A DNA stretch of 64,000 bases from Mobula birostris (Eukaryota), in contig NC_092390.1 in the NCBI RefSeq assembly GCF_030028105.1, forward strand, positions 21,624,427 to 21,688,426, written 5' to 3'. The position numbers and the translations under genes were made by a program. Under the pieces are notes generated by a model. The model did not search any database. It saw nothing but the letters and a program-made list of their open reading frames with translations, and had not been told where the DNA came from. Shown one piece after another: positions 50,249-63,249 of the stretch. How positions within the stretch are numbered: the stretch's first letter is position 1; every line of letters starts with the position of its first letter.

Positions 50249-51592
50249 AGACAGAGTATGCTCCATCTACTAGAACTCTCTGCCTTCAGTGGGCAAGCCA
50301 ATTCTGAATCCGTACAGCTATATTTTCCAGGATCACATGCCTCCTGATTTTCTGACTGAGCCTATTATGGGGAAATTGTCAAGCGTCTTACTAAAATCCA
50401 ATACATCCATTGCTCTGCCTTCATCAATATGTTTTGTTGCTTCCTCAAGTAATTCAATCAGGTTCATGAGGCATGACCTGCCCCTCACAAAATGATGCTG
50501 ACCATCCCAAACTGGACTACGCTTTTCCAAATACTAAGAAGCCTCTCCAATAGTTTACCCAGCATTGATGCAAGATTCATTGGTCTTTAATTGCATAAGA
50601 AACTATAAGCAGAATTAGGCTATTTGGCCCATCAGGTCTGTTGTCATTTAATCATGGCTGATTTATTTTTTCTCTCAGGCCCAGTCTCTTGCCTTCACTC
50701 TGTAAAATTTGATGTCCTTACTAATCAAGAACCTATCAACCTCAACCTTAATTATACCCAATAACTTCCATTGGTAATGTAGACTACCATGACTCTGAAT
50801 CTCTGGTTCAATGGTGAGACTGATGGTGGGGGAGCTGCATTACCTTAGTTCTTGAGCAGACAAGGCCCCCATGCCTTGGATTCACCTGTTGCAGTCACCG
50901 GCAAAGGAGGCACCAGAGCTGGCTGGATAGTGTTGGGTTCCATACTGGGCTAGAGGCTTGCTCCTCCGGTGTTCGGTCCCAGCAAGAGAGCTTTCATCTC
51001 CACCTGCAATTAGATGAAATAAGGAACTGCTGTGGCTTGTTCTTAAAGAAACGTTGCTCCAAGACAATATCAATGCACCATCATCCACGAGTCACGAGTC
51101 ACGACACTCAGGGAGTTGGGCGGTATTTTTATTATCAGTGAATCTCCCATGATTGGAAACATCCTGTCCATGTTCTAGTTCTTTCGATATTTGGTGATGT
51201 CAATGAGATAACCCCTCATTCATCTAAACTCCAGTAAGTACCAGCCCAGAAAAATCAAACATTCGCGTAGGTTAACCCTTTCATTCCCAGGATTATTCTT
51301 GTAAATTTCTTCTGGCTCCTCTCCAACGTCAATACTCAATGGAGTCTGACCAATGCTGTACAAAATTTCAGCATTATGTCCTTGTTTTTATAGTTTGGTC
51401 CTCTCAAAATTAATTTTCTTACTCCCAACTCAGCCTGTAAGTCAACCTTCAGGGAATCCTGCACTGGAACTCCAAAGTCCCTTTGCACCTCTGATTTCTG
51501 AATTTTCCCCTTTGAGAAAATACTCTACACCTTTATTCCTTCTACCACAGTGCACAACCATACACTTCCCTGCACAATATTCCATCTGCCAC

Positions 51593-52231
51593 ACTGCCAC
51601 ATTTGTGTGTCAAATGGTTGTTTTGACGTGCCCAGTGTGGTAGTGTAATGGGCTGTGCTTGTCACTCTTGCTTATAGCTTCCACCACTGGCTATCGGTCT
51701 TGTGAAAAGGTGAGCTGAATGCACAAGTCTCTCCCTGCCAGTACATAGCCTCTCCAACAGCAAACGTCATGTAGCGCCTCCTTGCTGGCAACACATGGAA
51801 ACTGACCTCCTTTCGGACTCAGGCTGAACTACAGAAGATGGGGAGGTGGTCTGGCCCCTGCACACATAGCACACAGGCCTACTGGCATGTGGACACACCC
51901 TGGTGCTCGTGAACTGGGTCCCCAGCTATGGGTAAGTAGCCCCACTGCATTGAGAGCAGCATTGGGAGAAATGAAGGCTACGGGAGTAAACCAAGACAGA
52001 AAATCCAGAGTGGAGCCCCTAAGGTGGCTGAACATCCTTCCAGCAGCTCCTGCAGCCAAGCTGGTGCCAAACATATTGCTTCGCTTTCCTTTAGACTACA
52101 TGAGTGAGGCCAAGAGGGGATCTTGCTGACTGGGCACCCCAGGATCTCCATACCCTCTGCCTAGCTTGTGCCCTGGAGAGGTCACTCCAGTGCTGCACTC
52201 TATTGTCCTTTGAGACAGACGGATGCCATCA
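51593..52231 (-). mobile_element. RTE-derived non-autonomous retroposon
   Basis: Minus-strand start GATGGCATCCGTCTGTCTC and TTTGGCACCAGCTTGGCTGCAGGAG resemble an RTE 5'UTR; ~14-bp TSD ATTCCATCT(GC/AC)(C/T)AC at 51579-51592 and 52232-52245. Confidence 0.6.
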
Positions 52232-52245
52232 ATTCCATCTACTAC

Positions 52246-53210
52246 TTCTTTGCCCATTCTCCTAATCTGTCCCGGTCCTTGCTTCCTTAACACAGCCTGC
52301 CCCTCTATTTACCTTTATATCATCTGCAAACATGATTAATTCTGTCATACAGATCATTGACATATAATGTGAAAAGCAGTGTTTCCAATGCAGAATAGAC
52401 ACTGGCAGCCAACGAGAAAATCCCATCTTAGTTCTCATTCTCTCCGGCTGGCCAATCTTCGATCCACGTTGGTATCTTTCTGTAATGCTCTTGTTTACCA
52501 GCTTCGGCTGTGGCATCTCATCAAAAGCCTTCTGAAAATCTAAGTAAGCAACATCCACTGGCTTCCCTTTGCCTATCCTGCCTGTTACTACCCCAAAGAA
52601 TTCCAATAGATTTGTCAGGCAAGATTTCCCCTGAAGGAAACCATGCAGACTTTGGACTATTTTATTCGGTGCCTCCCTGTAACACGAAATCTCACCCTTA
52701 ATAATGGATTCTAACATCTTGCCTATAAATAGACACATTGAAAACCTACAGCACAATACAGGCCCCTCGGCCCACAAAGCTGTGCCGAACATGTCCCTAC
52801 CTTAGAACTACCGAGGCTTACCCATAGCTCTCTATTTTTCTAAGCTCCATGTACCCCATCCAGGAGACTCTTAAAAGACCCTATCATTTTTGCCTTTACC
52901 ACTGCTGCCGGCAGCCCATTGCACACACTCACCACTCTCTGAGTAAAAAAACTTACCCATGACATCTCCTCTATACCTACTTCCAAACACCTTAAAACTA
53001 TGCCCTCTCATGCTAGCCATTTCAGCCCTGGGAAATAGCCTCTGACTATCCACACGATCAATGCCTCTCATTATCTTGTACACCTCTGTCAGGTCACCTC
53101 TCATCCTCCGTCGCTCCAAGAAGAAAAGGCCGAGTTCACTCAACCTATTCTCATAAGGCATGCTCCCCAATCCAGGCAACATCCTTGTAAATCTCCTCTG
53201 CACCCTTTCT
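52246..53210 (-). mobile_element. CR1 fragments
   Basis: GKSCLTNLLEFF, YLDFQKAFD, ERVQRRFTRMLPG and a 3'UTR. Confidence 0.85.
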
Positions 53211-55303
53211 GCGTTGCCACGCATTCTGACACTGACATAGTATGCCCACAGTGTTCCACAGAACAACACAAGTACCAACAATAACAACACAACAAAACAA
53301 GAAAATAACAGTACAACAAGCCCCTCCCATCCCTCCCACCCACCCACCCACCCATACAGACAGGCTTCCAACCACAGGACAGGCCATCTCCAGGTCTCGA
53401 GCCCTTGTCCCTGGATTCTCGGATTCACAGACAGAGGGCCTCCAACTTTGTACTTCACCCCAGGACATGGATCATGTTGACTTTCAGGCCTTAACTTCTG
53501 AACTTGCATGGTCCTCCAACCCCGTGACCCAGGCCCTCGTGGTTCCTTCGAACCCTTGTGACTCCATTGGGCTTCCACCTCTGGTCTTCAACCTTCAAGC
53601 TTGACTTTCGGCATAGCCCTGTGGACTTCATCAGATCTGTCCTTCGGGCTTCTACATCTGGCCTCCGACCCTGATGACCTGGGGTCACCTACCCTCTTGA
53701 AGTAAGTACTGACTTCAAGCCTGGGACCGGTTTCCAACCTGGGGGATTGCTGGTTTCCTCTGCAGCAGCTGAGATCACTGATGTTCGACCATGCAGCTCA
53801 CCGACCTGAACTCGTACTCCTGCCTAGACTCTTCATTTACTACCCCTGACCTCTAGCCTCCCCTCATTCCTGCCCCTAAACCCTAACCTGACCCCTAACT
53901 CTCCTCTCTGTCCCAAAAACCACCTTTACAAACCTAAAAAAAAGTCTAAACCTGAGTTACAACACCTGAGCAAGTCAAGGGGCTGAATAGACTTTTACTG
54001 CTTTGAAGTTTCATGGGCTTGGTGTGTGTATATGTAGAAATGTTTATTGACCAAGAGATCAGGAGTTTGTATGGGCACAGATAAAAGGTTTTGGGAATTC
54101 ATTTCTGCAAACTGAAATCACGCAATGGTTTTAAGTTACTAACTGAGGTCATATTTCTCATGCGCCTAAGTATTTGTAGAGTCATCAATGCTGAGTTGCT
54201 CTGGGCTATTATTAGGGGCAGCAGGGAATGGAAATGTACCAGGTAGTTTTTCATATTTAACGTTTTAGAGTATTGAAAGTCTTAGAAGATGAACTTTATG
54301 TAGGATAAACTAGGATATGACAGAATAAATTACAGCCTCAAACAGCTGAATATTATTTATTTGTTTCATTAATGTTTCATAAGCACAAACAAAGATGGCA
54401 ATAGGAACAACACAAGAATATCATCAAGAATTTCGCAAACTAAGGAATTTCAAACTGATATGTTGATGATGTGACTATGGAAAATGATTGACACCTATCT
54501 TCATCTCAATTCCCCACTGGAACTGCAGAAGCGTAGTTCATTTGCTTAGGGTCTTGTTACTTTGGAGATGATTGACTAGATAAAGCCTGTCAAATGCAAA
54601 ATCATGGTAGGTAGTATGCAATATATTTTGGAAAATGCCACAATGCACAAGCAATGCTGCTCTAGGAATGAAATTCCAGCGTCCATCTTGAGATATCAAG
54701 GACAAGAAAAATTGATCCTTCAGACTTTCTCCAAATAATTATCAGGAACTACCTGCACTGATAGTTTACTGAGACAAAAACGAATTTTATAGCTTGCTTC
54801 AACCTTGAGATAAATCCTATAAAATAAGTTGGAGCCAGCAGAAGCTAATCACAGGATTCATGCAATCAGGACTACTAAAGAATCTTAAGCAGAATGTGTC
54901 TAGCACTAGGGGTTTTGATAATAATGTGATACAATAGTCCATTAAAATAGTTACGTTTCTAACTAACAGTGTGCTTCAGAGAGTCCCACATCATGCAGGA
55001 AAAATTAGCTCAGCAGGGTGCATGATCTGGTGATATGCTTGGCCATGGCTAAACTGGTAGGCTGTAGAAAAGGAGGGTTATATGAGTTTTATTCTACTGC
55101 AGAGGAACACTGCAAACTGTCCACAGTAATAATGTGAGTAGTTTACTTTAGCCCGTTGAATCATGAGGTAAACTCAATGAACTTGGTTGAGAAAATAAAT
55201 CAGCTAACAGCTGGAACACAGAGCTGGAGACCTTGGATTACCAGAGGTATCAAATGGCTGGCAACATTGAATATCATTTCTGCAAAATGAACTTAAATTT
55301 TAA

Positions 55304-55389
55304 CTCACACATCAAAGTTGCTGGTGAACGCAGCAGGCCAGGCAGCATCTCTAGGAAGAGGTACAGTCGACGTTTCAGGCCGAGACCCG
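55304..55389 (-). mobile_element. Penelope-derived short repeat (truncated within the hammerhead)
   Basis: Near-identical to 24662-24745. Confidence 0.75.
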
Positions 55390-55463
55390 TGCGGTAAAGT
55401 CAAATTGGGTGTTGCACAAATGAATGATATCATTTCTGATCTGTGGTGTATCATGATCATAAA

Positions 55464-55664
55464 AATATGTAAACCACTATGTATATACAAAGCCTCTGTA
55501 CACACTGGAATCAATATGTAAACCACTATGTATATACAAAGCCTCTGTACACACTGGAATCAATATGTAAACCACTATGTATATACAAAGCCTCTGTACA
55601 CACTGGAATCAATATGTAAACCACTATGTATATACAAAGCCTCTGTACACACTGGAATCAATAT
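55464..55664. repeat. Perfect 49-bp tandem repeat, 4.1 copies
   Basis: AATATGTAAACCACTATGTATATACAAAGCCTCTGTACACACTGGAATC x4. Confidence 0.97.
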
Positions 55665-55909
55665 CACGCTACAATTCAATAACATTATGCATTACAAAAG
55701 TACAATTTTCACGTGGATAAGGCCTAGGTGAGTGAGCAACAGGAAGCATGCAAAAAAAGATCACTGGTTACTGTAAATTGTCCATGCTGTACCGCAATCA
55801 ATCAATAGATAAATAAACAAACAAACTGGTAAACTGGAAAGGGTATGGTCCAGAGGAGAGTTCTTGGGTGATGTCTCATTACAGCTTGGATCCCTCATTC
55901 ATCAAGAAG

Positions 55910-56271
55910 TTTCATCAGACCCACCCAGATTGTCCTGGAATATCGGGCCCCACCGTGCACAAGCAGGCTCCTCCCGATCTCCATTTGGCTGCTTTGGATA
56001 GTAGGAGACACTGGCTACTTGTCTTTGACTCATCACCCGCAGTTCATTTTAAACCCAACTCTTATCCATAGTCTTTATTCACCCATTGAGACAGCCAGTT
56101 GCTCCTAGCCTTCAGTTACCTTGTTGCCTTGTATTAAGCATCTGCCCTGTCTTGTTTTGTGGCCCCTCATGGCTTGTTATTTTGCAGTTTTTTTTATTAA
56201 AGTTATTGCTCACAGCTTAATCCTTTCTGCTGCTCCGTGTTTAGGTCAAGCCTCCTCTATGTTTCCTGACA
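55910..56271 (+). mobile_element. Possible solo LTR
   Basis: ATTAAA signal followed by ...CCTGACA end; 5' boundary unclear. Confidence 0.4.
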
Positions 56272-56439
56272 CCTAATGAATTTTAAGGTATTTCGGGTCT
56301 TTAATGCCCCTAATGTATTCTATGGGTATTTCAGGGTATGGTAGGGCAAACTATGTACCCACCGTTCTTTATGTAAAGAACCTGTCTCTGACACCCCTCC
56401 TATACTTCTCTCCAATCACCTTAAAATTATGCCTAATTT

Positions 56440-56744
56440 GGGGCCGGCTGGTGGCGCATTGATATCGGCGCCGGACCCGGGAGCAGAGGTTCTCGGGTTC
56501 GAAACTAGTCGGGTCTGCTCCCGAGTACGCTTTCCATCCGTGCTGGGTTGAATGTCGAGATCGCAACTCGACCTCCTAAAATAAAAGGGAAAAATACTGC
56601 GAAAATGTCTGTGTGAGGAGTGGCGCGCCACACAGTCTATCTCTCACTCCGCGCCTTGTAAAAGCCATGAAAAAGACATCATCATGGACACACGCAGACG
56701 CACGCGCACAGACTCGCAGGCTCGCAGGCACACGCAAAAAAAAA
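56440..56744 (+). mobile_element. Young tRNA-derived SINE with poly(A) and 18-bp TSD
   Basis: A-box-like TGGCGCATTG, B-box GGTTCGAAAC, CpG-rich; TSD TAAAATTATGCCTA(A/C)TTT at 56422-56439 and 56745-56762. Confidence 0.88.
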
Positions 56745-58513
56745 TAAAATTATGCCTACTTTGCAGAACAAATATCAATTCTTGGACAACCAATTCACCT
56801 TTATAAGTTAGCAGAAATCTACATTGGGAAAGATTATAGTTTGGGTTGTGAGCCACTGCACTGTCTGATTTATCCCTCGTTGTCAGTTTTGGAAAAATAT
56901 TTTGTGTGGATTTATCCCATATATTTCATAAAACTGTATTCAACCTGACAAAGAAAGTTATCTAGTAATTAACACCCTAACTATTTAACAATTATGGCAG
57001 CTAAACAGTTCCTCTAACATAATTGAAGATTTCTAAGAATGAAGCCTTAAAATCTTTGGACTGTGAATTGCTTGGTGATCACTACAAAGTAATTAGGAAG
57101 TGTGGGAAATGTGCACAAGGATTGTACAGCGTAAATAGATACCCATTTAATCTCTTTAGAGTGGCCGTTTTGAAGATTGCTATGTTGGCTGTGTCTGAGA
57201 TCAAAGTATGGTGTTTGAAGTATTAGTGCTGAAGTTTTGCCAAGAGATACCTTGACATTTACTAGAGCTACTCAGTAAGGTTCAAACTATTCTGGCAGGG
57301 ACATGGAACCAAAAGATATCAGTGTAGCTCATAAGGACATTGAGACAGACATAGAAGTTCAATTGTGTAAATTCAATATGCAGGGTAGAAAGCAAGGCAG
57401 AAGTCGTATGTTAAAATGCATTTATTTTAATGCAACAATGCTAACAAGCCAGGCAAGTGAACTCAGGCCATGGATAGACATACAATACCGGTGTCATTCA
57501 AGTTCATTGTCATTGTCATTCAATAGTACACATGCGTGCTGGCAAATGAAACAATGTGCCTCTGGATCAAGGTGCACCGCACAGTACATATAACTCACAC
57601 ACATAAAGTAATGTTGCCTCCAACCAATTAACAAACAATAAGGTGCATGTACGATACAAGTTAAATGGCAAACAGTATAATGCCACTTTTGTGCTTTATA
57701 CCTGACAGTTCCTGGATGGTGGCAAGGAGCTCAGAGTCTTATAGCCTAGGGGAAGAAGCTGTTTTCCATTCTAATAGTTCCTGTACTAATGCTATGGAAC
57801 CTCTTGCCTGATTATAGGGGGTCAAAGAGATTCTTCGACAGATGGGACAGATCATTGACAATGGTAAGGGCCCTATGCATGCAGTTCTCTTGATAAGTAC
57901 CTCTAATGGTACTTATCAGTGAGCGACTCTGATGACCCCCGCAGCAGTCTTCACAATCCTTTGTAGGGACTTGTAGTCAGATGCCTTGAAATTCCTGTAC
58001 CAGACGGTGATGCAGCTGGTCGGGACACAGTCGATGTACTGCTGTAAAAATTGATTAAAATGGGGGGGAAGGGAAACCTCAAACTCTCCAGGAAGTGGAG
58101 ATGCTGCTGTGCTTTGTTGATCAAAGAGATGGTGTTGAGGGACCAGGAGAGATTGTCCGTTATGTGCACTCCCAGAAACTTGGTGCTTCTAACTCTCTCC
58201 ACAGAGGAGCTGTGTCTGTGCAGTGAGGAGCGGTCAGCCTACACTTTCCTAAAGTCCACAATCATCACTTTGGTCTTGTCCATGTTGAGACTCAAGTTGT
58301 TGTTCATCATCTGTTTGAACTGGAACTAGTAGGGCAGCCATGAGTCAACAGCGTGAACAGCTGTGGGCTGAGTGTGCAACCCTGGGGAGTGCCGGTGCTC
58401 AGCCTGATAGAGCTAGAGATGTTTCTGCCAACAAGGACTGTCTGTGGCCTTTCTGTCAAGAAGTCCAGGATCTAGGAGAAACATGTTGAGACTCAGCAAG
58501 GACAGTTAACCAA

Positions 58514-58905
58514 ACAACACACAAACAACACCTCCCCCTCGTACCCCATCCATTATTTATTTTTATACACACATTCTTTCTCTCACTTTCCTTTTTCTCC
58601 CTCTGTCCCTCTTGCCCATCCTCTGGGTTCCCCTGCCCGCCTTGGTCTTTCTCCCCGGACCTCCTGTCCCATGATCCTCTTGTATCCCTTTTGCCTATCA
58701 CCTGTCCAGCTCTTGGCTCCATCCCTCCCCCTCCTGTCTTCTCCTATCATTTTGGATCTCCCCTTCCCCCTCCAACTTTCAAATCCCTTACTCACTCTTC
58801 CTTCAGTTAGTCCTGACGAAGGGTCTCGGCCTGAAACGTCGACTGTACCTCTTCCTAGAGATGCTGCCTGGCCTGCTGTGTTCACCAGCAACTTTGATGT
58901 GTGCT
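58514..58905 (+). mobile_element. Penelope 3'/pLTR fragment with 18-bp TSD
   Basis: GCAAGGACAGTTAACCAA duplicated at 58496-58513 and 58906-58923. Confidence 0.85.
58809..58844 (+). ncRNA. Minimal type I hammerhead ribozyme motif
   Basis: AGTC-CTGACGA-A-GGGT(CTCG)GCCT-GAAAC-GTC-GACT: stem I AGTC/GACT, conserved CUGANGA and GAAA boxes, GUC cleavage triplet. Confidence 0.7.
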
Positions 58906-59999
58906 GCAAGGACAGTTAACCAACAGCTTCTGAGGTATGGTCATATTGAACGCCGAGCTGAAGTCAATAAATGGCATTCTGGTACCATTTTCCAGGTGGG
59001 ACAGGATGGAGTAGAGTGCAGAGCATCATCAGGGGACAGATCTGAGCAATAAGCGAACTGGAGAGGGTCCAATGTAGCAGGAAGATGGGATCCATAACCA
59101 GCCACTAGAATCACTTCATTATTGTTGAGGTCAGTTCCACTGAACGGTAGTCATTGAAGCAAGTTGCTGCTGCCCGCTTGGGCATAGGGATGATGATGGC
59201 CACCTTGAAGCCTGAGGAGACTGTGGACTGTTTGAGAGAGAAGTTAAAGACGTCTGCTAGAGCAGTTAACTGGACTGCACAGTCCCTCAGCACCTCAACC
59301 AGGTGCATTATCCGGCCCCACAGTTTTACAAGGGTTGACCCTGGCTGGGGTCTTCCTCACACCAGCTGCAGCCAGGCAGTGTGCCTGCACCGCGGGGAGG
59401 GGGTCCTTCCTTGCCAGCACATCATCCAGTGCATCAAACCAAGGGTAAAAAGGCATTCAGCCTATCAGGAAGAGAAACGTCACGGTCGTTGCTGGGCAGG
59501 GTGAACTTGTTGTCCGTAATGGTCTGAGTGCCCTGCCATAGGTGCCTTGTGTCTCTGGTGTCGCAGAAGTGGCAGTGTATTCTCTGTGAGTAATCCTTCT
59601 GATGGTGTGGCGAAGTGCAGCCTTGCTGTCCTGAGAGCTGTCTCACCCCCGATCTGAAGGCAGCGCCCCAGTCCCTCAGCCATGCTCGAACCTCTGCTGT
59701 CAACCCTGGCTTCTGATTTGTCAATACAGAGATGTGTTTAATAGCAACGACGTCCCCACTGCAGTTCTCTATGTAGCCAGTCACAGATCTCACATATTCA
59801 TTGATGTTAATGTGATGGTCGTAGGTAGCCGCCTCCCTGAACAGGCTCCAGTTCCAGTCCGTGTTTTTAAAACAGTTCTGTACTGGCCAGGTCTTTATCT
59901 TCCTTTGCACTGGTTTGACACGTTTAATCAGTGGGCAGAATGCAGGAAATAGCATAACATATAAGTGGTTAGAGAATCCGATGTGGGCATGAGGACCAG

Positions 60000-62900
60000 C
60001 TTTTGTCATAGAGCTGTTATTACAGGATGGGCAGGACTGGAAGTCAGTGTTCTGGGGTATAGATGCTACAAGCATGATATAGATGGAAATAAGAGAGGAG
60101 TTGGGAATTGAGATATCGAGATCGCAACACTTAGACCAGACCTTCTGGAAAGAATGTCCTGTCAGGCTCTAAGGGGAGATTTTCGAAATAAAAACATGTG
60201 GCCACTTTGATGTGATTGTACTTTAGGCCTTCCAATTGCCAGTGGGAATTAGAGGAACTAGCTACCTCACTGACAGGTGCAGGAATAACAAGGTGGTAAT
60301 GGAGTCATAGGGAGTCCAAGTCATGCTGACCAAGATTCCCATCTAAGCTAGTCCCACCTGCCTGCATTTGGCCTGTATTCCTCAAAACTTTTCCTATATA
60401 AGGACCTTTTAAATGTTGTTCTTGAATATCCAACTCAGACCATAAGACAACATGCATTCACCCTATTTATGCATCTCATAATTTTATACCCCTCCTTCTC
60501 CTACACTTCAGTGAAAGAAGTCCCGACCTGCTCAACTTCTCTCCATAAGTCCCTGAGTCCAATAAGTTCCTTGAATCCTTCCAAATCTCCTCTGTACTCT
60601 TTCTGGTTTAATGACAGCTTTCCTTTAGCAAGATAACTAAAACTGAGCACAATATTCCAGATGTGGTCTCAGAACATCCTGTAAACTTGCAGCATAACAT
60701 CCCAACTTCTAAACTCAGTGCCTTGACTGATGAAGTCCAGAGTGCCAAAGGCCTTTTTCACCACCCTGCCTATCTACAATTCTACTTTCAGGGAACTATA
60801 TACTTGTACTCCTAGGTCCCTGTGTTCCACAACACTCCCCTAGGTCATACTGTTCACTGTGAAAGTCCTACCCTTCCTTTTCTTCCCAATAGCAACACCT
60901 TACACTTATGTGAATGAAACTCCACTTGCCTTTCCTCGACCCACTTACTCAGCTGATCAGGATACCTCTGTAGATCCTGATAACCATCACTTTCAATGAT
61001 CCCACCTATTGTGCTGACTTCAAATCTATTAACTATGCTTTGTACATTCTCATCCAAACTATTGATATAGTTGACAAATAGTCATGGACTAAGCACTGAC
61101 ACCTGGGGAACACCATTAGTTATGGGCTAAAAAACATCCTTCCATCCTCACCCTCTGTTTCCCAGCATCAAGCCAATTCCATATCCAGCTCTTCTGGATC
61201 CTATACAAGCTAACTTTCCATTGCAACCTGCCCGTGGAACTTTATCAAAGGCCTTACTGAAGTCCATATAGATGTGGTAAGCAAATAGGTGATGGATTTA
61301 ACTTGATAGATGTGTGGTGAAGTATTTTGGGAAGGTAAGCCAGTCAGGATATACACAGTGAATGAATTAGCCCTGAACAGTATTGTAGAACAGGGAGATC
61401 TAGTGGTACAAGTACATAGTTTCCTGAAGGTGGCAATACGGGTGGAGAAGAAGGAGCTTGGCATGCCTACCTACATCAGTCGGGGCATTGGAAACAAGGG
61501 TCAGAGGGTTATGTTACAGCTGTACAAGACTTTGGGAATGTACTTGGTGTATTGTGTGGAGTCTGGTCGCCATGTAACAAGAATGATGTGATTAATCTAA
61601 AGAGATTTCAAAAAAAGATTCACTTGTGTAACTGGGACTGAAGAGCTGACATTATAAGGAGAGACTGGATAGACCATGGAGAGAGGGAGGCTGAGGAGTA
61701 AGTTTATAGAGGTTTATAAAATCCTGAGGGACATAGGTAGGGTAGATGGTCATGGTCTTTTCCCAGGGTAAAAGGCAGGACACTTAGACAGGTTCATGAA
61801 TGGGAGAGGTTTAGTGGGCTATGGGTCAAATCTAGGCAACTTGCTTAATTAGGCACTTTGGTCCGTGTGGACAAATTGGATCATAGGCACTGCTTGTATG
61901 ACTCTAAGTGCAGAATGCTCCCAATTTCCAATGCAGCCTTCAGCAGCTAATCAGTGCTAAACATTGTGTGTATTGCCTCAGTGCACATTCAGGGAATCAA
62001 AATTGAACCCTTGTTAAAGGTTGGTTGTGTTGATCACGGATAGGCACCCATTATTTTGAAGGAACCGTTATTCCACAGCCCATGCATGTTGATATGGTCT
62101 GATTAGCAAAGGCAATGTAGTTGATTATTAAAAGGAGATTTTTCTTATCTGAGTTAGTCATTGGCTTACATCCACGTGGCACAAATATTACTTGTCACAT
62201 ATCCACCTACGTCTCAATGTTGTCATGACCTTCTTCATGTGAACATACATTATCTTAGTCACACAGGTTGAGTAACTGGATTGGAACAAGTGATGCCAAA
62301 TGTGATTTTGTGTGTTGCCAACTTAAACATAAATAATGCTATTGAGTTCAGATTACAGCTATCATATACTACTTGTGCAGTGCACCCTCACATTACAGAG
62401 AGGTCATGTTCCTGGATAACCGTCTGTTTCATGATTCTCCATGACACATACCCTTCGAGTTCCATGTTATACTGATAGGTGTATTCCTACAGCAAGCTTT
62501 TCTCTCAACATTTTGTGGGTGTGCAGTCTACAGACAAGGGAATTCTGATTGGATTGTAGGGCGAAGAGAAAGCTGCTGTTTTAATTAACTAGAAATAGAT
62601 GTTACATGATTTGATAAAGTATTAATATGATGGAAGAGATTGCCCTGTCAGCTTTCATAGTGAAAGAAGAGGCATAGAGCATACCTGCCCTCATCAGTCA
62701 GGCACTGAGTATAAAAGTCAGTGAGTTATGTGGTAGCCATAGAGAGCACTGATTAGTCCCATCTGGTCACTACATTACAGGAACCATGTGGGGCTTTGCA
62801 GAAGATGCAGAAATGGTTCACCAGGTTTGAGTTTGAAAGCATTAGCTAGCAGAGGTTAGAGAACTTTTTTTCAGTCGGAGGTTTAAGGACAACCTGTCAG

Positions 62901-63240
62901 GAGTATATAAAATTATAAGAGGCTCAGGTAAGGTAGATAGTCATTTTCCCATCGTGGAAATGTCAAGTACTTCAGGATATAGCCTTTCAGTGAGGGATAA
63001 AGTTTAAAGAAGATATGCAGGGCACGATTTTTACACAGAGTGGTAGATACCTAGAACTTGTTGCCAGAAGAGGCAGATAATGCAGCGATGTTTTAGAGGC
63101 TTTTAGACTGACTCACGGTCATTAGGGAACAGGCCAGGTACAGGCAGATGGGAATAGTTAGATTGCATCGTGGTTGACACAGACATTGTGAGCTGAAGGA
63201 CCTGTTTCGTTACTATAATGCTCTGTGTCTGATGTTCTAA
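60000..63240. mobile_element. Old CR1 fragments in both orientations
   Basis: EQGDLVVQVHSFLKV, MLQLYKTL and CR1 3' tails at ~60305, ~61900 and ~63230. Confidence 0.7.
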
Positions 63241-63249
63241 TTTTTATCT

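Larger units (their letters stand above)
57495..60000 (-). mobile_element. Degraded Rex1/Babar LINE
   Basis: ERVRSTKFLGVHITDNLSWS, FNDYRSVELTSTIMK, NQKP.LT.EVR. Confidence 0.85.

Noticed and set aside
53873-53900. Interstitial telomeric repeat (CCCTAA-like)
   Set aside because: Only about three degenerate units within a repeat-like segment.
55464-55664. CRISPR-like array
   Set aside because: Head-to-tail identical units with no unique spacers, in a eukaryotic context.
56440-56515. tRNA gene
   Set aside because: tRNA-like head only; it is followed by a SINE body, poly(A) and TSD.
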